A stretch of DNA of 64,000 bases from an uncultured Clostridia bacterium (GTDB taxonomy: Bacteria > Bacillota > Clostridia > Oscillospirales > CAG-272): assembly GCA_944381085.1 (NCBI GenBank), contig CALWJX010000002.1, forward strand, positions 50,571 through 114,570. The letters run 5' to 3'. The notes under the pieces are model-generated. The model saw only the letters and a program-made list of their open reading frames with translations. It was not told where the DNA came from and did not search any database. Made by a program: the position numbers and the translations under genes. Within the stretch, counting starts at the first letter, position 1. Each line of letters starts with the position of its first letter. Shown here piece after piece: positions 18,578 to 28,325 of this stretch.

Positions 18578-18611
18578 CCGTGCGTATCAGAATTTTGTCT
18601 GATACACACGG
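18578..18611. terminator. Bidirectional terminator between convergent genes
   Basis: 14-bp stem CCGTGCGTATCAGA / TCTGATACACACGG with one mismatch and a 6-nt loop. A-run upstream and T-rich sequence downstream. Confidence 0.65.
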
Positions 18612-18692
18612 AAATATTATATCGCTGTTCCCGTAAATGATATTATCCGAAAATGTTTATCCGGTGAACACCTTTAAAAAACGCCGCTTTCG

Positions 18693-19940
18693 TTATCTGT
18701 AAAGAGGGAAAGCCTCACATATTTTTGCGACTTCACTTCTTATATAGTCGGCGCTGTTCTCAAAATCGGAAGCGGTAAGCTTAAATAATTTTGCGATCTT
18801 TTTCATTTCTTCAACACCCATTCCTCTTGTGGTGACCGCCGCGGTGCCGACTCTGACGCCTGAGGTTACAAAGGGCTTTTCGGGATCGTTGGGGATCGCG
18901 TTTTTGTTTACCGTAATATGAACCTCGTCGAGTCTGTGCTCAAAGTCCTTTCCGGTAATATGCATAGGTCTGAGGTCTACAAGCATGAGGTGATTGTCCG
19001 TGCCTCCCGTGACAAGGTTGAAGCCTTCATTCAGAAGCGCTTCCGACAACGCCTTCGCGTTTTCCACAATGTGATGCTGATAAACCTTGAATTCGGGCTT
19101 CAGCGCTTCTCCGAAACATACCGCCTTCGCGGCGATTATATGCATCAGCGGACCTCCCTGTATGCCGGGGAATATCGCCTTGTTTATTTTTTTTGCAAGC
19201 TCTTCGTCGTTGCACATTATCATACCGCCTCTGGGACCGCGGAGAGTTTTATGCGTGGTAGTTGTGACCACATCGGCAAAGGGTACAGGCGACGGATGCT
19301 CGCCGGCGGCGACAAGTCCGGCAATGTGAGCCATATCCACCATAAGCAAAGCGCCGTTCTCGTGAGCGATTTTTGCCATTTTTTCAAAGTCAATTACACG
19401 GGGGTACGCCGAGGCGCCGGCAACAATCATTTTCGGTTTTACTTCTTTTACCTGCTCCTCAAGCTTGTCATAGTTTATAACATGTGTCGTCTCGTCAATG
19501 CCGTAGGGTACAAAGTTGTAGTAAAGACCTGAAAAATTGACGGGGCTGCCGTGTGTAAGGTGACCTCCGTGTGCAAGACTCATTCCCATGACCGTGTCGC
19601 CGGGCTTGAGACATGCTACGTAAACCGCGGTATTTGCCTGAGAACCGCTGTGAGGCTGGACATTTACGTACTCCGCTCCGAAAAGCTTCTTTGCGCGATC
19701 GATGGCGATATTTTCGGCGACGTCCACAAACTGACATCCGCCGTAATAGCGCTTTCCGGGATATCCTTCCGCGTATTTGTTCGTCATTATGCTGCCGGCG
19801 GCGAGCATTACGGCTTCGGATACAAAGTTTTCGGAAGCTATCAGTTCAATACCCTCGGTTTGTCTTTTATATTCGGCTTTTATTGCCTCATATATTTCCG
19901 GGTCGTATTCCCCGAGCTTTTTCATCATTTCCGTTATCAT
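18693..19940 (-). CDS. glyA: Serine hydroxymethyltransferase
   Basis: [16 protein letters not shown] and [14 protein letters not shown] (PLP Lys) motifs. The start is ambiguous. I chose ATG 19940 (415 aa) because the longer ORF start at 20006 lies inside a leader hairpin. Confidence 0.9.
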   Translation of the reverse strand: MITEMMKKLGEYDPEIYEAIKAEYKRQTEGIELIASENFVSEAVMLAAGSIMTNKYAEGYPGKRYYGGCQFVDVAENIAIDRAKKLFGAEYVNVQPHSGSQANTAVYVACLKPGDTVMGMSLAHGGHLTHGSPVNFSGLYYNFVPYGIDETTHVINYDKLEEQVKEVKPKMIVAGASAYPRVIDFEKMAKIAHENGALLMVDMAHIAGLVAAGEHPSPVPFADVVTTTTHKTLRGPRGGMIMCNDEELAKKINKAIFPGIQGGPLMHIIAAKAVCFGEALKPEFKVYQHHIVENAKALSEALLNEGFNLVTGGTDNHLMLVDLRPMHITGKDFEHRLDEVHITVNKNAIPNDPEKPFVTSGVRVGTAAVTTRGMGVEEMKKIAKLFKLTASDFENSADYIRSEVAKICEAFPLYR

Positions 19941-20151
19941 CGCTTGTTTTACCGTTCCTTTCGCGGTCAGGAATACTCCGGCCGAAATAATAGTTCTTTG
20001 TTTCATCCGGCAGTTCCGAATTCCGACCCTTTTTTGTTTTATTTTCTGATTTCAAGTATTAACCGTATTTATATTATACAACAAAAACAATAAAATTGAA
20101 ATACGTGAATTAAACAAAAATAAAAAACCAAACAAAAATATTGTAGATATA

Positions 20152-20180
20152 TTGACAAAAGAATGTATTTGTGTTATAAT
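20152..20180 (+). promoter_or_regulatory. Consensus sigma-A promoter upstream of the MGS-like gene
   Basis: TTGACA, 17-nt spacer, TATAAT. Confidence 0.55.
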
Positions 20181-20352
20181 CTAAACAATAATGATGTAAT
20201 GTGAAGTGAGGAAATAATTGCCATATTTTTTAAAAACTGATATATAATTGAATGACCGGGAATCGAATAAGGTAATAATGTACATAAGCGTTATTTTTAA
20301 CGCAGGCATATTAAAATCAATTTTTACATAAAATAAGTATGGAGGTATTCAA

Positions 20353-20805
20353 ATGGAAATTGCTATAATAGCTCATGATATGAAAAAAGAGTTGATCACA
20401 CAGTTTTGTATTGCTTATTGCGGCATACTTAGCAAGCATAATATTTGCGCTACGAGTATTACCGCGAAATATATATCGGAAGCTACGGGACTGAAGATCG
20501 AAAAGCTCTTAAGCGGCGGACAGGGCGGTGAAGAGCAGATAGCGTCAAGAATTGCCTATAATGAAATTGATATACTTATTTATTTTCGTGATACGCGCCC
20601 GGTTTCAAGCTATTCGGAAAACAGCGGTCACGACAAGATAGAAAGAGAGTTGCTTTTGATGTGCGACCGTTATAACATTCCGGTCGCTACCAATATAGCT
20701 ACCGCCGAGGTCATTATTATGGCTCTCGAAAGAGGAGATCTTGACTGGAGAGAGGTAGTTAAGGAACGCTCAAATTCGAGTATGAGGCATTACAGAAAGA
20801 TTTAA
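20353..20805 (+). CDS. Methylglyoxal synthase-like (MGS domain) protein, divergent
   Basis: IAIIAHDMKKE...ATSITAKYISEATGL...LLSGGQGGEEQI...IPVATNIATAE parallels MgsA. However, GGDQQ reads GGEEQ and the PHDPD loop is replaced by a longer SSYSENSGHDKIE segment. Confidence 0.65.
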   Translation: MEIAIIAHDMKKELITQFCIAYCGILSKHNICATSITAKYISEATGLKIEKLLSGGQGGEEQIASRIAYNEIDILIYFRDTRPVSSYSENSGHDKIERELLLMCDRYNIPVATNIATAEVIIMALERGDLDWREVVKERSNSSMRHYRKI

Positions 20806-20992
20806 GAACAAGTTCGGGTAAACCTGAATAATACGCAAGTGTGAGAGACATGCTTATATGCAAAAGGCGTAATACAGAGAAAAAACATTCGGTGAGAGTT
20901 TTTTATGTCGGCATATAAGTACCACTTTCATGTTCAAATAAATATAAGAATCAAGAGTAAAAAAATCGGGTGGAACCGTGCATATAACTGCA

Positions 20993-21022
20993 CCCCGGAT
21001 ACGTTGAGTATCCGGGGTTTTT
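20993..21022 (+). terminator. Rho-independent terminator
   Basis: Perfect 10-bp stem CCCCGGATAC / GTATCCGGGG, 5-nt loop, then TTTTT. Confidence 0.85.
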
Positions 21023-21048
21023 GCCTGTACTTACATATGGAGGTGCGT

Positions 21049-22764
21049 ATGATATTAAACAGTGATTACAGGATAGTAATTTCCGAAAAATGCGCAGAGT
21101 CCGATAAATACGCGGCGAATATGCTGTCGGAATATCTGCGTAAAATGACTTCCGGCGCGTCGGATATCAAAATTATTTCCGACGCCGAAACGGAAAGAGA
21201 CTTTGAAATTATAATTGGCAAAACAAATCGCAAATCGGATGATCTCCCGCTCGTATCTCAAAAGGACGACAGCATACTGGTTGTCGCGCGCAAAGAAAAG
21301 CTTTATCTCGACGGTCAGAGCAAAAGGGCGGTGATTTACGCGGTAGTGGAACTGCTTGAGTATCTCGGATGCAGATTTTTTGCGGAGGATACGGAAAAAA
21401 TTCCGTGCCTTGAAAAAGCGGAAATACCCGACGACCTTTATATCGCCAAAACACCTGCATTTTCATACAGAGACGTATATTGGACCTGCGCGTATCCCCC
21501 CGAGCTCAGCGTAAAGCTGCGTCTCAACGGAGCGCTGCGCAACGAGGCGGGATTCGGAAGAACGCTTCCCGAATATCTGGGAGGCGGAATACAGTATGCC
21601 GGACCTCATTTTGTGCATACGTTTTGTATGATGGTGCCTCCCGATGAATATTTTGAAGCTCATCCCGAGTATTTTGCCATGATAAACGGAGAGAGGAGCT
21701 GTAAGCATCTGTACACTCAGATATGCCTTTCAAACCCGGATGTGCTTTCCATAGTCATAGAGAAAACCAAACAGTGGTGCAGAGAAAATCCGGACGCTAA
21801 AATTGTTTCGGTCTCACAGAACGACAGCTTTGTGACAGAATCCTATTGCACGTGTGAAAAATGCGCCGCTATAGACGCCGAGGAGGGCGCGCCGTCAGGG
21901 TCTCTTATACGCTTTGTAAACAAAGTGGCGCAGGAAGTTGAGAAAGAGTTTCCGGATGTGTTTGTGGATACTCTCGCGTATCAGTATTCGGTACAGCCTC
22001 CGAAAATCACAAAGCCGAGAAAAAATGTACTGATAAGGCTCTGCACCGGAGGCTGCTATACCCACTCTATCGAAGAATGCAAAAAGAACGCGGGTACCAG
22101 AGAAGCGTTTGAAAAATGGAGCAAAATATGCGATAATCTGTATGTATGGGATTATACCACAAACTTTCTTCAGTATCTTACACCCTTTGCAAATATGGCG
22201 GCTATGAGAAAAAACATTAAATTTTTCGCGGAACATAACGTGCGCGGCGTATTTATGCAGGGCAATTATCAGCCCGGTAAAAACGGAGAGTTCGGAGAAC
22301 TCAGGTCATACCTTATGGCAAAGGCGCTGTGGGACGCCGACTGCGATATGGATAAAGACGCGGAGGAATTTATCGATACCTATTACGGCGCGGGCGCAAA
22401 GTATATTAAGGAGTATCTGAAATATATTTACGAAAAGGGAAGGCTTGTGCATTTCACATGGGCAATGCCCTCAAAGGACATGTGGGCGGCGGTTATTCCC
22501 GACAGTGACCTTGAATATCTTGACAACCTTTGGAAAGACGCGAAGAGCGCGGCAAAGACAGGCAACAGTCCTGAGCGTTCTTTTGAGCATGTGGAAAGAA
22601 GCGAGCTTTCGCACAGGTGGTTTAAGCTTGAAGCCGGTAAAGGCGAATTTTCCGATTCGGATAAGGTTGAAAAACTTACGGAAGAGTTTTACGCGGATTG
22701 CCGAAGACTCGGGATTGAACGCTTAAGCGAGGGAGCGAACATCCCGGGAATACAGGCGGGATGA
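21049..22764 (+). CDS. DUF4838-type (GH20-like fold) protein, cytoplasmic
   Basis: PAFSYRD...HTF...HPEYFAMINGER...QICLSNPDV...VSVSQND...CTCEKC pattern as I recall it for DUF4838. Start at ATG 21049 (GGAGG 5 nt upstream), because the upstream ORF extension contains the terminator. Confidence 0.65.
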   Translation: MILNSDYRIVISEKCAESDKYAANMLSEYLRKMTSGASDIKIISDAETERDFEIIIGKTNRKSDDLPLVSQKDDSILVVARKEKLYLDGQSKRAVIYAVVELLEYLGCRFFAEDTEKIPCLEKAEIPDDLYIAKTPAFSYRDVYWTCAYPPELSVKLRLNGALRNEAGFGRTLPEYLGGGIQYAGPHFVHTFCMMVPPDEYFEAHPEYFAMINGERSCKHLYTQICLSNPDVLSIVIEKTKQWCRENPDAKIVSVSQNDSFVTESYCTCEKCAAIDAEEGAPSGSLIRFVNKVAQEVEKEFPDVFVDTLAYQYSVQPPKITKPRKNVLIRLCTGGCYTHSIEECKKNAGTREAFEKWSKICDNLYVWDYTTNFLQYLTPFANMAAMRKNIKFFAEHNVRGVFMQGNYQPGKNGEFGELRSYLMAKALWDADCDMDKDAEEFIDTYYGAGAKYIKEYLKYIYEKGRLVHFTWAMPSKDMWAAVIPDSDLEYLDNLWKDAKSAAKTGNSPERSFEHVERSELSHRWFKLEAGKGEFSDSDKVEKLTEEFYADCRRLGIERLSEGANIPGIQAG

Positions 22765-22823
22765 GAACATCCTGACCGAATCCTGATGACGGATATAAAT
22801 AATCACAGAAAGGAAATATAAAG

Positions 22824-24761
22824 ATGAAAATTAATTTTGGTTCAAAAGTTTATGAGTCTCAGTCCCCCGTTACGGTATATGACGCCGCCAAGGAGGCGGG
22901 ACTTGCGGACAGAAGCGTTATCGCCGCGACGGTAGGCGGCAAGGTCGTCGCTTTGACTTATACAATTGAAAGTGATACGGACGTAAAATTGCTGACTTTT
23001 TCGGACAAGGAAGGCGCTCACGTATTCAGACATACCGCCTCGCATATACTTGCCCAGGCGGTGAAGAGACTTTACCCCGAGGTTAAGCTTACAATAGGAC
23101 CCGCGCTTGATGACGGTTTTTACTACGACTTTGACAGTGATATCACCTTTACTCCCGAGGTTCTCAAAAAGTTAGAGGATGAGATGAAAAAGATAGTAAA
23201 GGAAAATCTTAAAATAGAAAGGTTTGAGCTTGACAGAAGCGAAGCGCTGAAGCTGATGCGGGAAAAAGACGAGCCTTATAAGGTACAGCTTATAAATGAA
23301 CTGCCCGAAGAGGCGACAATCAGCTTTTATCGTCAGGGCGAGTTTACGGACCTTTGCGCGGGACCCCATCTTTTCTCGACAGGCATAGTCAAGGCAGTCA
23401 AGCTTACACAATGTACGGGAGCGTATTGGAAGGGAGACCAGAAAAACAAACAGCTCCAAAGAATTTACGGTACGGCGTTTCCTTCAAAAGATGAGCTTAA
23501 CGCTTATCTTACCATGCTTGAAGAGGCGAGGAAGCGCGACCACAATAAAATAGGACGGGAGCTTGAGTATTTTACCACGGTGGATGTAATAGGACAGGGG
23601 CTTCCGATAATTATGCCGAAAGGCGCGCGCGTTATACAGACTTTACAGCGCTTCGTGGAGGATGAGGAGCAACGCAGAGGATATCTGCTTACCAAAACCC
23701 CGTTTATGGCAAAACGTGAGCTTTACAAAATTTCAGGACACTGGGACCACTACCTTGACGGTATGTTTGTTCTCGGAGACCCTAATGACTATACGAAAGA
23801 ATGCTTTGCGCTCAGACCCATGACCTGCCCGTTTCAATATCAGGTATTTCTGAACAAAAAGCGTTCCTACAGGGATCTGCCGATGAGACTCGGAGAGACC
23901 TCCACACTGTTCAGAAATGAGGACTCGGGTGAAATGCACGGGCTTATCAGAGTCCGTCAGTTTACAATATCCGAGGGGCATCTTATAATCCGCCCGGACC
24001 AGTTGGCTGAGGAATTCAAGGGATGTCTTGATCTTGCGCTGTATATGCTCGATACCGTAGGTCTTAAGGAAGACTGCTCTTTCCGATTCTCGCAGTGGGA
24101 CCCTGACCGTAAGGACAAATATGAAGGCACACCCGAGCAGTGGGATGAGGCTCAGAGAGTTATGGGAGAGCTGCTTGACGAGTATCTCGGAAGAGAGAAT
24201 TATACAATCGGAATAGACGAGGCGGCTTTTTACGGTCCCAAGCTTGACATCCAGTGCAAGAATGTTTTCGGCAAGGAGGATACTATAGTTACATTGCAGA
24301 TAGACATGCTGCTCGCGAAAAAATTCGGCATGGAATATGTGGATTCCGACAATACGATGAAAACGCCTTATATTATTCACCGTACCTCGCTGGGATGCTA
24401 TGAAAGAACGCTTGCCCTGCTGCTTGAGAAATACGCGGGAGCGCTTCCGACCTGGCTTGCTCCGGTACAGGTAAAGCTTTTGCCCATAGGAGACGAGCAG
24501 GTTGAATACTGCGAAGAGATATCAAATAGACTTATGTCGTTGGGCATACGCAACGAGGTAGACAGAAGAAACGAGACAATAGGCTACAAAATCAGAAACG
24601 CTCAGCAGGAAAAAGTTCCTTATATGCTTATAGTAGGCGCTAAAGAAGTTGAGGGAAGCTGTGTTTCGGTGCGTTCAAGAAAAGACGGTGAAAAGGGCAA
24701 TATGACCGTGGAAGAGTTTATTAAACTCATTCTTGACGAGATTGAGAAAAAAACAAAATAA
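22824..24761 (+). CDS. thrS: Threonine--tRNA ligase
   Basis: TGS, second additional domain (HTASHILAQA), class II core (FRNEDSGEMHGLIRVRQF) and anticodon-binding domain. 645 aa. Confidence 0.95.
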   Translation: MKINFGSKVYESQSPVTVYDAAKEAGLADRSVIAATVGGKVVALTYTIESDTDVKLLTFSDKEGAHVFRHTASHILAQAVKRLYPEVKLTIGPALDDGFYYDFDSDITFTPEVLKKLEDEMKKIVKENLKIERFELDRSEALKLMREKDEPYKVQLINELPEEATISFYRQGEFTDLCAGPHLFSTGIVKAVKLTQCTGAYWKGDQKNKQLQRIYGTAFPSKDELNAYLTMLEEARKRDHNKIGRELEYFTTVDVIGQGLPIIMPKGARVIQTLQRFVEDEEQRRGYLLTKTPFMAKRELYKISGHWDHYLDGMFVLGDPNDYTKECFALRPMTCPFQYQVFLNKKRSYRDLPMRLGETSTLFRNEDSGEMHGLIRVRQFTISEGHLIIRPDQLAEEFKGCLDLALYMLDTVGLKEDCSFRFSQWDPDRKDKYEGTPEQWDEAQRVMGELLDEYLGRENYTIGIDEAAFYGPKLDIQCKNVFGKEDTIVTLQIDMLLAKKFGMEYVDSDNTMKTPYIIHRTSLGCYERTLALLLEKYAGALPTWLAPVQVKLLPIGDEQVEYCEEISNRLMSLGIRNEVDRRNETIGYKIRNAQQEKVPYMLIVGAKEVEGSCVSVRSRKDGEKGNMTVEEFIKLILDEIEKKTK

Positions 24762-24787
24762 AAGTTAAAATATTCGTTTGAGTTTTT

Positions 24788-24846
24788 CGGCGCTGTTTTC
24801 AATTTGCGATTTTTACCCCGTAAGGACAAAAACAGCGCCGTTGTTT
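24788..24846 (+). terminator. thrS terminator
   Basis: 12-bp stem CGGCGCTGTTTT / AAAACAGCGCCG (24788-24799 / 24829-24840), then TTGTTT. Confidence 0.6.
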
Positions 24847-24898
24847 AAGACTGAATAACAAAAAATCTATCTATTGAGAAAATATTTACAAAATACTG

Positions 24899-24927
24899 TT
24901 TACAAAAAGCCTCCTTTGTAGTAAAAT
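24899..24927 (+). promoter_or_regulatory. Candidate sigma-A promoter for pyrH-frr
   Basis: TTTACA, 17-nt spacer, TAAAAT. Confidence 0.45.
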
Positions 24928-24991
24928 ATATGACGGAAAACATTATTGCCGAATCAGCATCGGTCGTGTTGCGCGGCGTGAAAGGATGACA

Positions 24992-25705
24992 ATGAATAAA
25001 CCTGTTTATAAAAGAATTCTTCTGAAAATATCCGGAGAGGCTTTGGCCCATGACGACAATACTGAAATATTGGATTTTGATTTCATGGATGAGGTTGCGA
25101 AGGTCTTGAAAAAATGCCTTGACGCGGGGGTTGAGATCGCTGTTATCGTAGGAGCGGGAAACATCTGGCGAGGCAGACAGGGCAGGGATATGGACCGCTG
25201 CCGCGCCGACCATATGGGAATGCTTGCGACCGTAATAAATTCGCTCGCGTTGCAGGACACATTCATAAAACACGGAATAGACGCGAAGGTGCTTACATCG
25301 GTTGAGATGAACGCGTTCGCGGAGACATATACGCAAAGAGCGGCGGTCGATTATCTTTCGTCAGGCAAGGTCGTGATATTCGGAGGCGGTCTCGGTGTTC
25401 CTTATTTTTCGACCGATACGCCGGCGGTGGTACGAGCCGCGGAAATAAACGCCGACGCGGTTCTGATGGCGAAGAATGTGGACGGAGTGTACAGCGCGGA
25501 TCCCAAAAAGGACCCCGACGCCGTAAGATACGACGATATAAAGTATTCCGATATTATAGAGAAGGGGCTTCATGCCTTCGATATGACGGCGGTGAGCTTT
25601 TGCAATGAAAATAATATCGAATCCTACGCGTTTGCGCTTTCCGACCCGGAAAATATATATAATGTGGTGATGGGAAACGCGACAGGCACAAGAATGCACA
25701 GATAA
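24992..25705 (+). CDS. pyrH: UMP kinase
   Basis: YKRILLKISGEAL, GAGNIWRG and TDTPAVVRA motifs. ATG 24992 is preferred because the first ATG (24986) overlaps the SD GAAAGG. Confidence 0.93.
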   Translation: MNKPVYKRILLKISGEALAHDDNTEILDFDFMDEVAKVLKKCLDAGVEIAVIVGAGNIWRGRQGRDMDRCRADHMGMLATVINSLALQDTFIKHGIDAKVLTSVEMNAFAETYTQRAAVDYLSSGKVVIFGGGLGVPYFSTDTPAVVRAAEINADAVLMAKNVDGVYSADPKKDPDAVRYDDIKYSDIIEKGLHAFDMTAVSFCNENNIESYAFALSDPENIYNVVMGNATGTRMHR

Positions 25706-25770
25706 AAGTTTTATCATACCGGGCGTTTGCAAGGCACGTCTGTAAAATATACATAAGAAAGGAAATTGTT

Positions 25771-26325
25771 ATGAAGTATAACACCAAAGAACTTGAAGAA
25801 AAAATGAAAAAATCCATCGTGTCATATGAAGAGAATCTGGCGTCGATACGTGCCGGTCAGGCAAATCCCGCAGTCCTTTCCCGTATAACATTTGATTATT
25901 GGGGCGCCGCCACCGAGCTTACCTCAATGTCGGATATTCGTGTCGCTGATTCGAGAACGCTTGTAATAACTCCGTATGACGCAAGCACTCTGAAAGCCAT
26001 CGAAAAGGCGCTTCTTGCGTCTGATCTGGGAATTACTCCCGCCAATGACGGCAAGGTAATCAGACTTGTCTTTCCTCAGCTTACGGAGGAAAGGCGTAAA
26101 GAACTTGCCAAGCAAGTCAAGAAAATGGGAGAGAACGCCAAAGTGGCGATAAGAAATCTGAGACGTGCGGCAAATGAAGATGCCAAAAAGCAAAAAAATG
26201 ACGGAAATATGACTGAAGATGAATTAAAGGACTCTGAAAAATTAATTCAGGATCTTACGGACAAGTATGTTAAAAATGTCGATACTCTCGGCGCGGCAAA
26301 GGAAAAAGAGATAATGACCGTTTGA
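25771..26325 (+). CDS. frr: Ribosome recycling factor
   Basis: LASIRAGQANPAVL...ITPYD...LGITPANDG...FPQLTEERRKEL. 184 aa. Confidence 0.95.
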   Translation: MKYNTKELEEKMKKSIVSYEENLASIRAGQANPAVLSRITFDYWGAATELTSMSDIRVADSRTLVITPYDASTLKAIEKALLASDLGITPANDGKVIRLVFPQLTEERRKELAKQVKKMGENAKVAIRNLRRAANEDAKKQKNDGNMTEDELKDSEKLIQDLTDKYVKNVDTLGAAKEKEIMTV

Positions 26326-26594
26326 GGAGAGTCATTGCCGTTGTTTTGATAACTTTACAGCGGGAGAATTATTAATCTCCCGCTGCGATTATACTGCGGT
26401 TTATATGTTCGGGCTATATTTATTTAACTGATTATACATATAGTCTTTTTTAAGGGAATATGGTATAATGACGGCATACAACGTAAAGAACTCAAAAGCA
26501 TAACATTTACCGGTTGTATGCAATGCAAAACTGTCCGGGATTATTTGTGGTATACGTTTTTGCTTGATTGAGCGGACGTGAGGGGCGTATAGAG

Positions 26595-27332
26595 ATGGAA
26601 TTTGAAAAAAACGACATTACATTAAAAAACGGTATACAGATAGATGAGCGCTTAAAACACATTGCTTTCATAATGGACGGAAACGGACGCTGGGCGAAAA
26701 GAAAAGGCTTGCCGAGAGAATTGGGGCATAGACAGGGAGCTGCTGCTTTCAGCAATATCGCGAAATACTGTGAAAAAATCGGGATAAAATATGTTACCGT
26801 ATATGCTTTTTCAACCGAAAACTGGAAAAGACCGAAAAAGGAAATAGACGCGATATTGAAATTGCTTGACAATTATCTTGACCAGCGGTACAACGACCGT
26901 GTGAGCGTGCGTTTTATAGGAGATGTCAGTGTGTTTGACGACAGACTGAAAAATAAGATATCGGCAGTCGAAAAAGAGACCTCGGGACGTGAGCTTGTGC
27001 TGAATATCGCGCTCAATTACGGTTCGAGAGCAGAGCTTGTCAATGTATGCAACAGGCTTTTAAAGGAGGGTAAAAACGAGATTTGCGAATCCGATATATC
27101 CTCGCGCCTGTATACCGGAGATTGCCCGGACCCCGATCTGATCGTAAGGACGGGAGGGGATATACGTCTGTCCAATTTTATGCTTTGGCAGGCGGCTTAT
27201 TCCGAGCTGTATTTTACCGACACGCTGTGGCCGGATATGACAAGTGAGGAAGTTGATAAGGCGATAGCCGACTTTTATTCGAGAAAAAGACGCTTCGGAG
27301 GACTTGATAAACAAGTCTCCGAAAATCCATGA
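26595..27332 (+). CDS. uppS: Isoprenyl transferase (undecaprenyl diphosphate synthase)
   Basis: HIAFIMDGNGRWA, FSTENW and RTGGDIRLSNFMLWQAAYSE motifs. Start at ATG 26595, with GAGGGG upstream. Confidence 0.92.
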   Translation: MEFEKNDITLKNGIQIDERLKHIAFIMDGNGRWAKRKGLPRELGHRQGAAAFSNIAKYCEKIGIKYVTVYAFSTENWKRPKKEIDAILKLLDNYLDQRYNDRVSVRFIGDVSVFDDRLKNKISAVEKETSGRELVLNIALNYGSRAELVNVCNRLLKEGKNEICESDISSRLYTGDCPDPDLIVRTGGDIRLSNFMLWQAAYSELYFTDTLWPDMTSEEVDKAIADFYSRKRRFGGLDKQVSENP

Positions 27333-27369
27333 AAGACAAACCGCTTTGTAAGCTGAACGGAGCTGAGAT

Positions 27370-28224
27370 ATGTTAAAGAGAATTATTACGGCTATTATCG
27401 CACTGTGTATATTTGTACCCGTACTGGTATTCAGCGATACATTGGCGCTTCCGATAGTCATGTCGGCGTGCGCGATAATCGGATGCTATGAAATGCTTTG
27501 CTGTACCGGACAGAAAAAAAATATTTTCATTTCGGTTCCGATTTATATTTCCGCGGCGGCATTTCCTGTGTTTATGAGATTTTCATATCTCAACTTTACT
27601 GTCGGTGATTTCAATAAAATCGCGCTTGGAGTGATTTTTGTTTTAATCGTATACACGCTCGGAGTGGCGGTTTTTTATCATAAAAGGCTGTCGGTTACCG
27701 ACGCGGCAATGATTTTTACCGCGTGTATTTACATTATAGCGGCGTTTACTTCGGTAGTATATATACATGATTTTATCAGACACGGAAAATATATATATCT
27801 GCTTGTTTTTCTGTGCGCTTGGATGACGGACAGCTTCGCGTATTTTACAGGCCGATTTCTCGGAAAACATAAGCTTATTCCCGATGTGAGCCCCAAAAAG
27901 ACCGTGGAGGGCGCGGTCGGAGGAGTGGTTTTCTGCGTTATAACTACGGTTGTGTTTGGATTTGTCATTGAAAAATTTTTCAATGCCGACGGACAGATCA
28001 CCGCGAATTATATGGTGCTCGCGTTGAGCGGAGTGCTTATTTCGGTGGTCACGCAGGTCGGAGACCTGATAATGTCGGTTATTAAGAGACACTACGGTAT
28101 AAAAGATTACGGAAAGATTTTCCCGGGGCACGGCGGCATTCTTGACAGATTTGATTCGGTATTGGCGGCGTCGGTTATTCTCGCGTTCATTTGTACTTAT
28201 TTTGATCTTTTGGCTTCCGTGTAA
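27370..28224 (+). CDS. cdsA: Phosphatidate cytidylyltransferase
   Basis: Polytopic membrane protein with SPKKTVEGAVGG...GDLIMSVIKR...IFPGHGGILDRFDS. Confidence 0.9.
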   Translation: MLKRIITAIIALCIFVPVLVFSDTLALPIVMSACAIIGCYEMLCCTGQKKNIFISVPIYISAAAFPVFMRFSYLNFTVGDFNKIALGVIFVLIVYTLGVAVFYHKRLSVTDAAMIFTACIYIIAAFTSVVYIHDFIRHGKYIYLLVFLCAWMTDSFAYFTGRFLGKHKLIPDVSPKKTVEGAVGGVVFCVITTVVFGFVIEKFFNADGQITANYMVLALSGVLISVVTQVGDLIMSVIKRHYGIKDYGKIFPGHGGILDRFDSVLAASVILAFICTYFDLLASV

Positions 28225-28325
28225 TTTTTGAAAATCATTTTATCTGAGCAATATTCCGTTTTTGACAGAATACTGTTGTTTGGGTAAATTCAATTGTGTC
28301 AAAAGTTTTTGAAAGGAAAGTGTTG

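Noticed and set aside
19941-20110. Possible ZTP (pfl) riboswitch upstream of glyA, because GGGTCGG...CCGGAG...GACC superficially resembles the 5' subdomain and glyA is a known ZTP target.
   Set aside because: The conserved 3' pseudoknot element (CGCCTGGGC-like) is absent, and the GACTGGCG core is not matched. I treat it as an unclassified hairpin only.
20905-21048. N-terminal 48-aa extension of the DUF4838 ORF. Similar extensions occur at 9165-9218, 40482-40547, 26568-26594 and 28296-28325.
   Set aside because: The extension at 20905 contains the upstream gene's terminator hairpin. In each case an internal ATG with a well-spaced SD gives an N-terminus typical of the family.
22765-22823. Expected T-box leader upstream of thrS.
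   Set aside because: Only 59 nt separate thrS from the preceding gene. No GGTGGTACCGCG-type T-box sequence was seen there or elsewhere in the window.
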